From assembly GCA_965242865.1 (NCBI GenBank), contig CBDETK010000013.1, positions 2,912,001 through 2,976,000 on the forward strand: a stretch of DNA of 64,000 nucleotides, written 5' to 3'. The notes below the pieces were generated by a model that had not been told where the DNA came from, made no database searches, and saw nothing but the letters and a program-made list of their open reading frames with translations. Below are positions 49,945-60,861 of this stretch, piece by piece. This DNA is from Candidatus Latescibacterota bacterium. Its GTDB lineage: Bacteria; Latescibacterota; UBA2968; UBA8231. How positions within the stretch are numbered: position 1 is the first letter of the stretch; every line of letters begins with the position of its first letter. The translations under genes and the position numbers were made by a program.

Positions 49945-50903
49945 TCCGCGTCGAACTGCTCGGCCGCCAGCGGCGGTGGTGGCCTTGGTCAAAAGCCTTG
50001 CTTTCGGCCTTGGTCGTCTGCGGGGGACTATACGGCCTCTACCATGTTCTCTACTCGGGTTCCGCCCCCAGCCCGGTAGTACCGCAAGCGGCTGCTCCTC
50101 CGAGTTCGATAGTACAGCAAGCGGCCGCTCCTAGCCCGATAGTACAGCAAGCGGCCGCTCCTAGCCCGATAGTACAGCAAGCGACCGCCCCCAGCCCGGT
50201 AGCCCAACGAGAAATCACCCCAGAGTCTGCGGTCCAGCAAGCGACCGCCCCCAGCCCTGCCGCAATGCCGCAAGAAATCGAATCCAGTCCCGCGACCGAG
50301 CAAGAGCCCGCAGGCCAACGAGAAGCCTCGGCCCCAACGCCGGCCCAACGCAGCACGGCCTGCCACCAAGCCATGCGGATCGTCGAACAGGCTCCCGCCG
50401 GGATTCGCTTGGCTTCGCTGAACTGCAATTCGACCGGGGAGTACTGGCTGGAGGGGGCCAGCCCTTCGCACAAAGCCCTGCGCGCCTTCAGGCTGCGCCT
50501 GCAAGCATTGCCATCGCGGGTTTCGTTTTCGACTTGGCGGGAGGAGCGCACGTTGCGCTTTGCCTTCCAAGGCCGCTTTGCCGAGCGAACCCCTCCTCCA
50601 CAGGCCGCCCTTTCCTCGGGCCAAGCCGAGCAGTTCTTGGGCGAGGTGGCCGGCTGGGCCGACGCGAGCGGCCTAGACAGCTTGTCGATCCACGAGCCGA
50701 TCCACGTGCGCCACCAACAGCGGCAAAAATTGCGGGGCATTGGGGCTCCGCAGCAGATCGACGCCTTCTTACAGCAGTTTCAACAGGCCGAGGGGGTTGC
50801 AACCCTCGGGGAGGTCTTGCTCATGCCCGTCAAGAGCGACGAGCACGGCTGGGTCACAGCGCGGCTCTACGCGGCTGTGGACATCGTCGTGGAAGCGCCC
50901 TGA
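49941..50903 (+). CDS. Bitopic protein, PilN/PilO-like, with Pro/Ala/Gln repeat linker
   Basis: MIRVELL resembles the PilN INLL motif; TM helix; ATGA overlap with the pilM-like gene. Confidence 0.5.
   Translation: MIRVELLGRQRRWWPWSKALLSALVVCGGLYGLYHVLYSGSAPSPVVPQAAAPPSSIVQQAAAPSPIVQQAAAPSPIVQQATAPSPVAQREITPESAVQQATAPSPAAMPQEIESSPATEQEPAGQREASAPTPAQRSTACHQAMRIVEQAPAGIRLASLNCNSTGEYWLEGASPSHKALRAFRLRLQALPSRVSFSTWREERTLRFAFQGRFAERTPPPQAALSSGQAEQFLGEVAGWADASGLDSLSIHEPIHVRHQQRQKLRGIGAPQQIDAFLQQFQQAEGVATLGEVLLMPVKSDEHGWVTARLYAAVDIVVEAP
50063..50262 (+). repeat. Coding tandem repeat, ~30-nt unit (APSPIVQQAA)
   Basis: About six degenerate copies; near-identical unit GCTCCTAGCCCGATAGTACAGCAAGCG. Confidence 0.85.
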
Positions 50904-51397
50904 TGAACCGCTTTGCCGACGCCGCCATCTATCCCGGCAGCTTCGACCCCATCACTTTGGGCCACCTAAACATTCTAGAGCGGGCCTTGGACATTTTCTC
51001 CCAAGTCACCCTGCTGGTGGCGATCAATCCCAACAAAAAGCCGCTGTTTTCGCTGGCGGAGAGCCGGGAAATAATCTCCGAGGCCATTCGCCACTGGCCG
51101 CAGGCCAACGTCGATTTCCACGACGGCTTGACCGTTGACTATGCGCGGCAGCACAACATACGCACGGCCGTGCGGGGTCTGCGGGCGGTCACCGACTTTG
51201 AGCACGAGTTCGCCATGGCCTTGACCAATCGCTCGCTGTGGCCGGAGTTCGACACGGTCTTTCTAATGACCAAGGCCGAGTACATGTATCTCAGTTCGTC
51301 GGTCGTGCGCCAAGTGGCGCAAATGGGTGGGCAGTTGAACCAGTTCGTGCCCCCTTGTATTGAGCGACGCCTGCGGGAGAAATTCCAAAATGCCTGA
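50903..51397 (+). CDS. coaD: Pantetheine-phosphate adenylyltransferase
   Basis: AIYPGSFDPITLGH, RGLRAVTDFE.E, SSSVVR. Confidence 0.96.
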   Translation: MNRFADAAIYPGSFDPITLGHLNILERALDIFSQVTLLVAINPNKKPLFSLAESREIISEAIRHWPQANVDFHDGLTVDYARQHNIRTAVRGLRAVTDFEHEFAMALTNRSLWPEFDTVFLMTKAEYMYLSSSVVRQVAQMGGQLNQFVPPCIERRLREKFQNA

Positions 51398-52460
51398 GTC
51401 CCAACGCGAAGTGCAGGCCCTGCTCGCGCTGACCCGAGCCGAGCGGCTCGGGCGCGTGCGGCGCTTGCTCGACCACTTTGGCTCGGCCCAAGCGGCCCTC
51501 GCGGCCCCAGATTGGACGGCGGCCGTGGGTCCCAACGCCCCCGACCAGCGGCCAACGCCGGCCGACTTTGCTTGGGCGGCCGAGCAATGGCACCGGCTCT
51601 GCGCCAGCGGCGGTCGCTGTCTGTCCCCGCAGGACGCGAACTATCCCCAGCTCCTCGGGCAAATCGCCGCGCCGCCCCCCGTGCTGTTTGCGCTGGGGCC
51701 AGACGACTTGGCCCCTCCCACGGTGGCCATCGTCGGCTCGCGCCGGGCAGCGGGCGACGGCAAGCAACTCGCGGCCGAGCTGGCCCGCGAGCTAGTGGCT
51801 CGGGGCGTCTGCATCGTCAGCGGCTTGGCTTTCGGCATTGACGCCGCAGCCCACGAGGCCGCACTCGCGGCTGGCGGACGCACCATCGCCGTGTTGGGCT
51901 GTGGGGCCGATGTGGCCTATCCCAGCGCCCATGCTTCGCTCTACCGCCAAATCCGCGAGCGCGGGGCCATTGTCTCCGAGTTTGCTTGGGGGGCGCAGCC
52001 CGAGCGGGGAGCCTTCCCGCGCCGCAACCGCATCATCAGCGGGCTGAGCTTGGGGGTCGTCATCGTCGCGGCCCCGCAAAAGAGCGGGGCGCTGATTACG
52101 GCCCAACACGCCCTCGAGCAAAACCGCGAGGTCTTCGCCGTGCCCGGGGACGTGCGTTCGGGCCGCAACGCCGGCTGTCACCAGCTCATCAAAGACGGGG
52201 CCAAACTAGTCGAAGATGTGGAGGATGTGCTCGAGGAATTGGCGATATGGACGCACCCGCAAGACGCGCCCGCGCCCGTTCTTCCCCCGGAAGAAGACAG
52301 CGTCTATGCCCTGCTCTCGCGCCAACCCCAGCACATCGACGAACTCGCCCAAACCAGCACCCTGCCGCCGGCGGCCCTGCTCGACGTGCTGCTCAGGTTG
52401 GAACTGGACGGCCTAGTGGAGCAGCTAGCGGGCAAGCGATTTTTGCGGCGCGCGAAGTAA
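51390..52460 (+). CDS. dprA: DNA-processing protein DprA
   Basis: VAIVGSR, VSGLA.GID.AAH, FPRRNRIISGLS, SGALITA..ALEQ.REVFAVPG, C-terminal winged helix. Confidence 0.95.
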   Translation: MPESQREVQALLALTRAERLGRVRRLLDHFGSAQAALAAPDWTAAVGPNAPDQRPTPADFAWAAEQWHRLCASGGRCLSPQDANYPQLLGQIAAPPPVLFALGPDDLAPPTVAIVGSRRAAGDGKQLAAELARELVARGVCIVSGLAFGIDAAAHEAALAAGGRTIAVLGCGADVAYPSAHASLYRQIRERGAIVSEFAWGAQPERGAFPRRNRIISGLSLGVVIVAAPQKSGALITAQHALEQNREVFAVPGDVRSGRNAGCHQLIKDGAKLVEDVEDVLEELAIWTHPQDAPAPVLPPEEDSVYALLSRQPQHIDELAQTSTLPPAALLDVLLRLELDGLVEQLAGKRFLRRAK

Positions 52461-52469
52461 GCGCCGCGG

Positions 52470-52607
52470 CTAGTCGTCGGAGTGCTCTATTTGCAACGGT
52501 TCGTCGCGGTGGGATTTGTCGCGAAAAAAAGGCCGCGCTAAACGCCACAACACGTACGCGGCCGCGAGCGCGGCAACGGCGATGGCCACGGGCGTTTGCC
52601 AATCCAT
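52470..52607 (-). CDS. Small single-pass membrane protein (45 aa)
   Basis: Hand translation MDWQTPVAIAVAALAAAYVLWRLARPFFRDKSHRDEPLQIEHSDD*; below the ORF-track size cutoff. Confidence 0.6.
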   Translation of the reverse strand: MDWQTPVAIAVAALAAAYVLWRLARPFFRDKSHRDEPLQIEHSDD

Positions 52608-52758
52608 ATTGAATTCAGGCATTGCGTCGATCTGATCCGATCGTCAATCAAGGTACGCGTACCCAATCTGCATGGATACTCGTAAAAGTGCCAGAAGAGA
52701 TATTTGATAAACAACCAACCTGTTCACGATTGTCGCGCCCAGTGCGGGCACGCCGGCC

Positions 52759-53058
52759 GTGCGCGATGCGGATTACATCGCCGCGCTGGGCGGCTCGGTC
52801 GTCATTGCCACTGGCGAGCCGGCGACGACGATCCAATACGCCCTGCCGCAAGCGGCCAACGTGCAGTTGACCGTGTATAACGTCGTCGGTCAGCCGGTGC
52901 GGACGCTGGTGGCCGAGCATCAGAGCGCCGGCCGCTACTTAGTGGAGTGGGACGCGACCGACGATAGCGGGCACAGCTTGTCGTCAGGGCTGTATTTCTA
53001 CCGCTTGCAAGCGGGCGGCGCATTCCACGCTGTCCAGAAAATGCTGCTGCTCAAGTAA
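52759..53058 (+). pseudogene. Orphan T9SS type-A / FlgD-Ig-like C-terminal domain fragment
   Basis: TTIQYALP....VQLTVYNV.GQ.VRTLV.....GRY.VEWD..D..G..LSSGLYFYRL.......KMLLLK; no signal peptide, NYPNPFNP start missing. Confidence 0.75.
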
Positions 53059-53072
53059 GAAGCGTTCCTAAG

Positions 53073-53192
53073 TACGCGACACCTAATTCAAGCACGCCTT
53101 TTCTGGTGTTGTGTCCGGGATCGAGGGCGTCTCGCCCTAGACGAGGGCAAGATGCCCTCGATCCTTAGGAAAGCTAGAGTTGGCGTCGTGTA
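53073..53192. repeat. REP/MITE-like element with long central hairpin
   Basis: GGATCGAGGGCGTCTCGCCCT...AGGGCAAGATGCCCTCGATCC hairpin (~53118-53164); imperfect inverted ends tacgcgacacc / ggcgtcgtgta. Confidence 0.6.
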
Positions 53193-53241
53193 GTATAACA
53201 CTCATGTTGCTTTTGGCTCGTCTTGCCTGACGCCTCTAGAG

Positions 53242-53343
53242 GTCATTCCCGTGAAAGCGGGAATCCTGAAAAAGACCAAGCCGCATCAGAAACTGAAACC
53301 CTCCCGTGAAGTCTCCGTCCTTCCAGTGAAAACGGGATCCAGC
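53242..53343. repeat. REP-like ATTCCC-N8-GGGAAT palindromes
   Basis: GTCATTCCCGTGAAAGCGGGAATCC plus degenerate GTCCTTCCAGTGAAAACGGGATCCAG; the same motif occurs inverted near 54095. Confidence 0.65.
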
Positions 53344-53483
53344 CGGGATCGTTTGGACGCAAGGGACGCCCACCAGCGTTTACAGACCGCTTCTAACGAG
53401 ACGCCAACCAGCAACTTGACGCTTTGGGGATGCCTCATACATTCTGTCCACGCCTCGCAGTTCACCCCGACGGAGAACAGAAT

Positions 53484-54053
53484 GTGATTACCATTACCCA
53501 AGCAGCCGAAGAGAAAATTGCCCACCTAGTCGCCGAGAGCGAAAAGCCCGTCAAGGGCCTGCGCATCGGCGCCCGCCTCGATCCCGTCAAGCAGGTTGAC
53601 TACAAGCTGGCCTTCATCTCCGACCAGCAGATAGGCGGCGACGATCAGGTCGTTCACTTCACCGGCTTTGACGTGTACATAGACCCCGAAAGCGCCGATC
53701 TGTTGGCGGAAGCCAAGGTGGATTACGTCGATGGCCTCATGGGGTCGGGGTTCAAAATTGAGCGGCCCCGCAAGATGCCCGCGCACCTGAGCGGCCCGGT
53801 GGCCGAGGCCGTCCACCGCGTCATCGAAACGCAAATCAACCCGGGCGTGGCCGCGCACGGCGGCGTGGTGACCTTAGTGGACATCAAGGGCAACACGGTC
53901 TTTGTGCAGATGGGTGGGGGCTGTCAGGGCTGTGGCCAAGCGGATGTGACGCTCAAACAGGGCATCATTCGCATGATCAAGGAAGCGGTGCCCGAGGTGG
54001 AAGCCGTAGTCGATGCGACGGACCACGCCTCCGGCGAAAACCCTTACTATTAG
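53484..54053 (+). CDS. nfuA: Fe/S biogenesis protein NfuA
   Basis: Degenerate A-type N-domain plus NifU domain INP..A.HGG, GGCQGC, D.TDH.SG.NPYY. Confidence 0.9.
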   Translation: MITITQAAEEKIAHLVAESEKPVKGLRIGARLDPVKQVDYKLAFISDQQIGGDDQVVHFTGFDVYIDPESADLLAEAKVDYVDGLMGSGFKIERPRKMPAHLSGPVAEAVHRVIETQINPGVAAHGGVVTLVDIKGNTVFVQMGGGCQGCGQADVTLKQGIIRMIKEAVPEVEAVVDATDHASGENPYY

Positions 54054-54068
54054 GTCGCGGAGAGGTGC

Positions 54069-54185
54069 TATAGCAATCCTACATCATTCAAGACTGGATT
54101 CCCGCTTTCGCGGGAATGATTCCTCATAGGCAAAAAGACGATGCCGATGAACATTCCATGCTTCAAGTCATTTAGGATGGCTATA
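54069..54185. mobile_element. MITE-like element (117 bp), copy 1
   Basis: Terminal inverted repeats TATAGCAATCCTACATCA / TCATTTAGGATGGCTATA (15/18), TA ends, internal GGATTCCCGCTTTCGCGGGAATGA hairpin. Confidence 0.7.
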
Positions 54186-54988
54186 TGACAACGGCGTTGC
54201 CGCTGGTGGCGCGGCCCAATCTTGAAGGCTATGTGCAGGCGATGAAGGAAGACGGGTACGCCTACTTTCCCGCGGTGCTCAACGAGCGCGAGATCGCCGA
54301 GTTGCGCCGAGCCATGGACGAGCTGACCGCGCTGGAGGAAAGCTACGACCGCCACACCGACCCGGCCGCGCACGGCTTCCTCAACAAGACCATCAACAAC
54401 GCATTCAACCGCGCCCCGATCTTCGCCCAGTACTTGGACCGGCCCGAAATCATCGACTTAGTCGAGGCCGTTCACGGCGACGATTGCCACTGCATCGGCA
54501 TGACGGCTTGGCTGACCGGCCCGGGCCGCCCGGACCAAACCCTGCACGCCGACTGGCAGCCCCTGACCCTGCCCGAAGAAGTCATGGCTCACCCCGCGGT
54601 CGAGATTCCAATTTTCATCACCACCGCCCATTACTATCTCGACGATCTGACCGAGGAGTTGGGACCGACGCGCTTTGTGCCGGGCAGCCACCGCGCGGGT
54701 CGGCGGCCCCGGTCTGGCGAGACCCGCTTCAAGGGCGTAGAGGAGCAGAGCATCTTGTGCAAGGCCGGCGACTGCGTGTTGTTCCGCTGCGAGGTTTGGC
54801 ATCGGGGCACGGCGAATACGAGCAACCAAACGCGCTATTTGCTGCAAGTACACTACGCCCAGCGCATCATCACCCAGAAGTACCCCCCCTATCTGAACAA
54901 GTTTCAATTCGACGCGGCCCTGTTGGCGCAGGCGACGCCACGGCAGCGACGGCTTTTGGGCGACCACGTCCCGAGCAATTACGACTAA
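54185..54988 (+). CDS. Phytanoyl-CoA dioxygenase (PhyH) family protein
   Basis: EDGY, LHAD, YYLDD.T.E.GPT.FVPGSH, AGD.V.F...WH.G..N.S...R. Confidence 0.9.
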   Translation: MTTALPLVARPNLEGYVQAMKEDGYAYFPAVLNEREIAELRRAMDELTALEESYDRHTDPAAHGFLNKTINNAFNRAPIFAQYLDRPEIIDLVEAVHGDDCHCIGMTAWLTGPGRPDQTLHADWQPLTLPEEVMAHPAVEIPIFITTAHYYLDDLTEELGPTRFVPGSHRAGRRPRSGETRFKGVEEQSILCKAGDCVLFRCEVWHRGTANTSNQTRYLLQVHYAQRIITQKYPPYLNKFQFDAALLAQATPRQRRLLGDHVPSNYD

Positions 54989-54998
54989 AAGCCAGCTC

Positions 54999-55376
54999 AT
55001 GCCCTCCACCGATTCCCCCATATCCGTCCTGCTCGTCGAGGACAACCCCATTCACGCCCGCCTGTTGCAGGGCTTGCTAAAACCGGAATTTGCCGTAGAA
55101 GCGGTCGATCACTTAGGGGCCGGCTTGGCGCGGCTAGCGGCCGGCGGCATCGACGCGATCCTCCTCGACCTAGTGCTGCCCGACAGCCAAGAGTTGGCCA
55201 CCTTTGAGCGCGTCAAGGCAACCGTCCCGAATGTGCCCGTCTTGGTCCTGACCGGCCTCGACGACGAAGTGCTCGCCGAAGAGGCCGTAGCGGCCGGGGC
55301 CCGCGATTACCTAATCAAAACGCAGATCAACGGCGAGAGCTTGGCTCGGGCTATTCGGGCGGCCATAGCGGGTTAG
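54999..55376 (+). CDS. Single-domain response regulator
   Basis: [26 protein letters not shown]. Confidence 0.92.
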   Translation: MPSTDSPISVLLVEDNPIHARLLQGLLKPEFAVEAVDHLGAGLARLAAGGIDAILLDLVLPDSQELATFERVKATVPNVPVLVLTGLDDEVLAEEAVAAGARDYLIKTQINGESLARAIRAAIAG

Positions 55377-55377
55377 C

Positions 55378-58236
<2,859 letters not shown>

Positions 58237-58252
58237 CGACGCAGGAGTAGAA

Positions 58253-58576
58253 ATGGAACGAGTGTACACTACGCAGGACTTGGCCCTGCTCAGCCACCTC
58301 AAAAACGCGCTGGCCGCGCAGGGCATTGAATGCGTTTTGCGCGGTCAACACCTGCTCGGCGGCGTGGGCGAATTGCCTCCGATTGAGTGTTGGCCGGAGT
58401 TGTGGGTCTTGGACGACCAACAGGCCGCCGCCGCGAAGTCGCACATCGACACTCTGTTTGCCACGGCTGTGGGAGACGAGGAACCGTGGACTTGTGCCGC
58501 GTGTGGGGAGGAGTGCCCGGGGGCGTTTACGGATTGTTGGAACTGCGGGGTGGCGCGTACGGAGTTTGACCATTAG
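58253..58576 (+). CDS. DUF2007-type protein with C-terminal zinc ribbon
   Basis: LKN.L...GI, GELP..E.WPELWV, WTC..CGE....FT.CWNCG; GGAG RBS. Confidence 0.85.
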   Translation: MERVYTTQDLALLSHLKNALAAQGIECVLRGQHLLGGVGELPPIECWPELWVLDDQQAAAAKSHIDTLFATAVGDEEPWTCAACGEECPGAFTDCWNCGVARTEFDH

Positions 58577-58640
58577 ATACGTTTGGCTTGGATGCTACGG
58601 ACTTTTTTTACCCTTGCTAATTCGGGCGAGGAGACCGGCT

Positions 58641-60218
58641 ATGCGTTTTTTTAACACGACAGGGCCAGTGGTAGCGGCCGATCACGACTGCATTCCACCG
58701 TTGGATCGGCTCAATCTCACTGAGGTTCGCCGCCTCATCCGCGACAAGCGCTATTTCGTTCTACACGCGCCGCGTCAGACGGGCAAGACGTCGGCATTGC
58801 TGACATTGCGCGACCTGCTCAACGGCGAGGGGCGCTACCGTTGCGTATATGTCAACGTCGAAGGGGGGCAGACCGGGCGCGAAGATGTGGAGCAGGTGAT
58901 GCGCACCATTTTGGGTGCGCTGGCCTCTTGGGCGAATGCGACGCTCGGCGACGAGTTTCTCGACTCGGTTTGGCCTGACATCTTGGCGAAATACGGTCCG
59001 CACGGGGCCTTGGGTGAGGCACTGGCACGCTGGTCGCAGGCGTCGGCGCAGCCGCTGGTGCTGCTGATTGACGAGATCGACGCGCTGATTGGCGACTCGT
59101 TGCTGGCGGTGTTGCGTCAGTTGCGAGCGGGCTATGTGCGGCGGCCCGAGGGATTTCCGCAGAGCGTGGTATTGTGCGGAGTGCGCGATGTGCGCGACTA
59201 CCGCATCCAATCGACCGCAGAAAACGCGATTATTGCCGGCGGCAGTGCGTTCAACATCAAGGCGAGATCGTTGCGCTTGGGCGACTTTACGCGAGACGAG
59301 GTGGTTGCTCTGCTGGGACAGCACACGGAAGAAACGGGACAGGTGTTTACAGGCGAAGCATTGGAGGTACTCTGGGCGCAGACGCAAGGGCAGCCGTGGC
59401 TGGTCAACGCCTTAGCCGACGAGACGTGCTCATATCGGGAAGCGGCGGCCGACCGTTGCCTGCCGATCACGGCCGAGGCCATCCGCCACGCGCAAGAGCA
59501 ACTCATTTTGCGGCGGGAGACGCACTTGGATCAGTTGGCCGACAAGCTGCAAGAGAAGCGGGTGCAGCGGGTGGTCGAGCCGCTGTTGAGCGGATCGGAC
59601 GAGCGCACATTCTCCACGCACGATCTCGAATACGTCCTCGACTTGGGCCTAGTGGCGCACGATCGTCCGCTGCGGGTGGCCAATCCAATCTACGCCGAGG
59701 TGATCCCCCGCGAGTTGACGTGGGTTGTTCAGGAGGAATTTGAGCAGGAGACGGCTTGGTACGTGGATGCCGAGGGCGGCTTGGATATGGGCAAACTGCT
59801 GACCGCGTTTCAGACGTTCTTCCGCGAGCATTCGGAGCATTGGGTGGAGCGGTTCCAATACCAAGAGGCCGGCCCGCAGTTGCTGTTGCAGGCTTTTTTG
59901 CTGCGGATTGTCAACAGCGGCGGTCGGATTGAGCGGGAGTATGGCTTGGGTCGGGGTCGGACGGACCTGCTGATCGCGTGGCCGCAGGGCGAGCAGACCC
60001 ACAAGGTAGTGCTCGAGTGCAAAGTGCTGCACAAGAGCTTAGAACAGACCCGTGCCGAGGGGCTGGAACAGACCGCGGGCTATATGGATCGGTGTGCCGC
60101 GGCGGCGGGTCATTTGGTAATTTTTGATCGGCGCGTTGGCAGGCGTTGGGAGGACAAAATTTTCCATTGTCGGTGTGCGGCGAGTAGTGGTGTTGCGATC
60201 GATGTTTGGGGGATGTGA
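58641..60218 (+). CDS. AAA-like ATPase with C-terminal PD-(D/E)XK nuclease-like domain
   Basis: MRFFNTTGP, APRQTGKTS, LIDEID, REYGLGRGRTDL, LECK, Q..GYMD. Confidence 0.88.
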   Translation: MRFFNTTGPVVAADHDCIPPLDRLNLTEVRRLIRDKRYFVLHAPRQTGKTSALLTLRDLLNGEGRYRCVYVNVEGGQTGREDVEQVMRTILGALASWANATLGDEFLDSVWPDILAKYGPHGALGEALARWSQASAQPLVLLIDEIDALIGDSLLAVLRQLRAGYVRRPEGFPQSVVLCGVRDVRDYRIQSTAENAIIAGGSAFNIKARSLRLGDFTRDEVVALLGQHTEETGQVFTGEALEVLWAQTQGQPWLVNALADETCSYREAAADRCLPITAEAIRHAQEQLILRRETHLDQLADKLQEKRVQRVVEPLLSGSDERTFSTHDLEYVLDLGLVAHDRPLRVANPIYAEVIPRELTWVVQEEFEQETAWYVDAEGGLDMGKLLTAFQTFFREHSEHWVERFQYQEAGPQLLLQAFLLRIVNSGGRIEREYGLGRGRTDLLIAWPQGEQTHKVVLECKVLHKSLEQTRAEGLEQTAGYMDRCAAAAGHLVIFDRRVGRRWEDKIFHCRCAASSGVAIDVWGM

Positions 60219-60257
60219 AGGCAGATTGCAGCGATTCAATAGGGTTGAGATAAAGAT

Positions 60258-60767
60258 ATGACGAGATTGGCGATTGCGTATTTTCTAAAAGGGAAGGCCG
60301 CGAATACAATTAACGGTTTACGCCAAAAATATGACGTTAAGACTGCCACAGCGATAGCTGGGCATCTGACAATAGCTGGGCCTTGTAACGCGGAAACTCC
60401 TCTTTCTCAAATACAAGACGTAGTGGCCCGTTTTGCTGCTACACTACAACCGATCCCGCTTACGATCAGCAGAGTGGAAACATTTCTGCCGATCTCGGCA
60501 ACGTGTTATCTAGGGATAAACCCCAAAGAACCTCTCAAGACCCTCCATGCTGCTATTGTATCGCAATTGAACTGGACGGAATGCTATCCCTACCACCCTC
60601 ACGTGACGATCACTGAGTATCTTACACCTGCAAGAACGAAAGAAGTCGCAGATCAACTTCAAGGCTTAAACATTCACGAAACCGATACGCTAGATTCTTT
60701 AACATTACTCGAGAAGGATTTTAGAGGTACATGGTGCGAGATTGATAAGGAAGCGAGGCATATATAG
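60258..60767 (+). CDS. 2H phosphoesterase (2'-5' RNA ligase family)
   Basis: Two HxT motifs (GHLTI, PHVTI); AT-rich. Confidence 0.82.
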   Translation: MTRLAIAYFLKGKAANTINGLRQKYDVKTATAIAGHLTIAGPCNAETPLSQIQDVVARFAATLQPIPLTISRVETFLPISATCYLGINPKEPLKTLHAAIVSQLNWTECYPYHPHVTITEYLTPARTKEVADQLQGLNIHETDTLDSLTLLEKDFRGTWCEIDKEARHI

Positions 60768-60856
60768 CAATCCCATATCATTCAAGACTGGATCCCCGCT
60801 GTTGCGGGATGACGCCTCTATGCAAAAAAGACGGTGCCGATCAACATTTTATGCCT
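60763..60856. mobile_element. MITE-like element, copy 2 (right end lost)
   Basis: Aligns to 54069-54165: TATAGCAATCC..ATCATTCAAGACTGGAT.CCCGCT...GCGGGA.TGA...AAAAAGACG.TGCCGAT.AACATT. Confidence 0.7.
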
Positions 60857-60861
60857 TCTGC

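Noticed and set aside
50063-50262. Regular ~30-nt repeats as a possible CRISPR array
   Set aside because: No unique spacers; the repeats are in-frame coding units and no cas genes are present.
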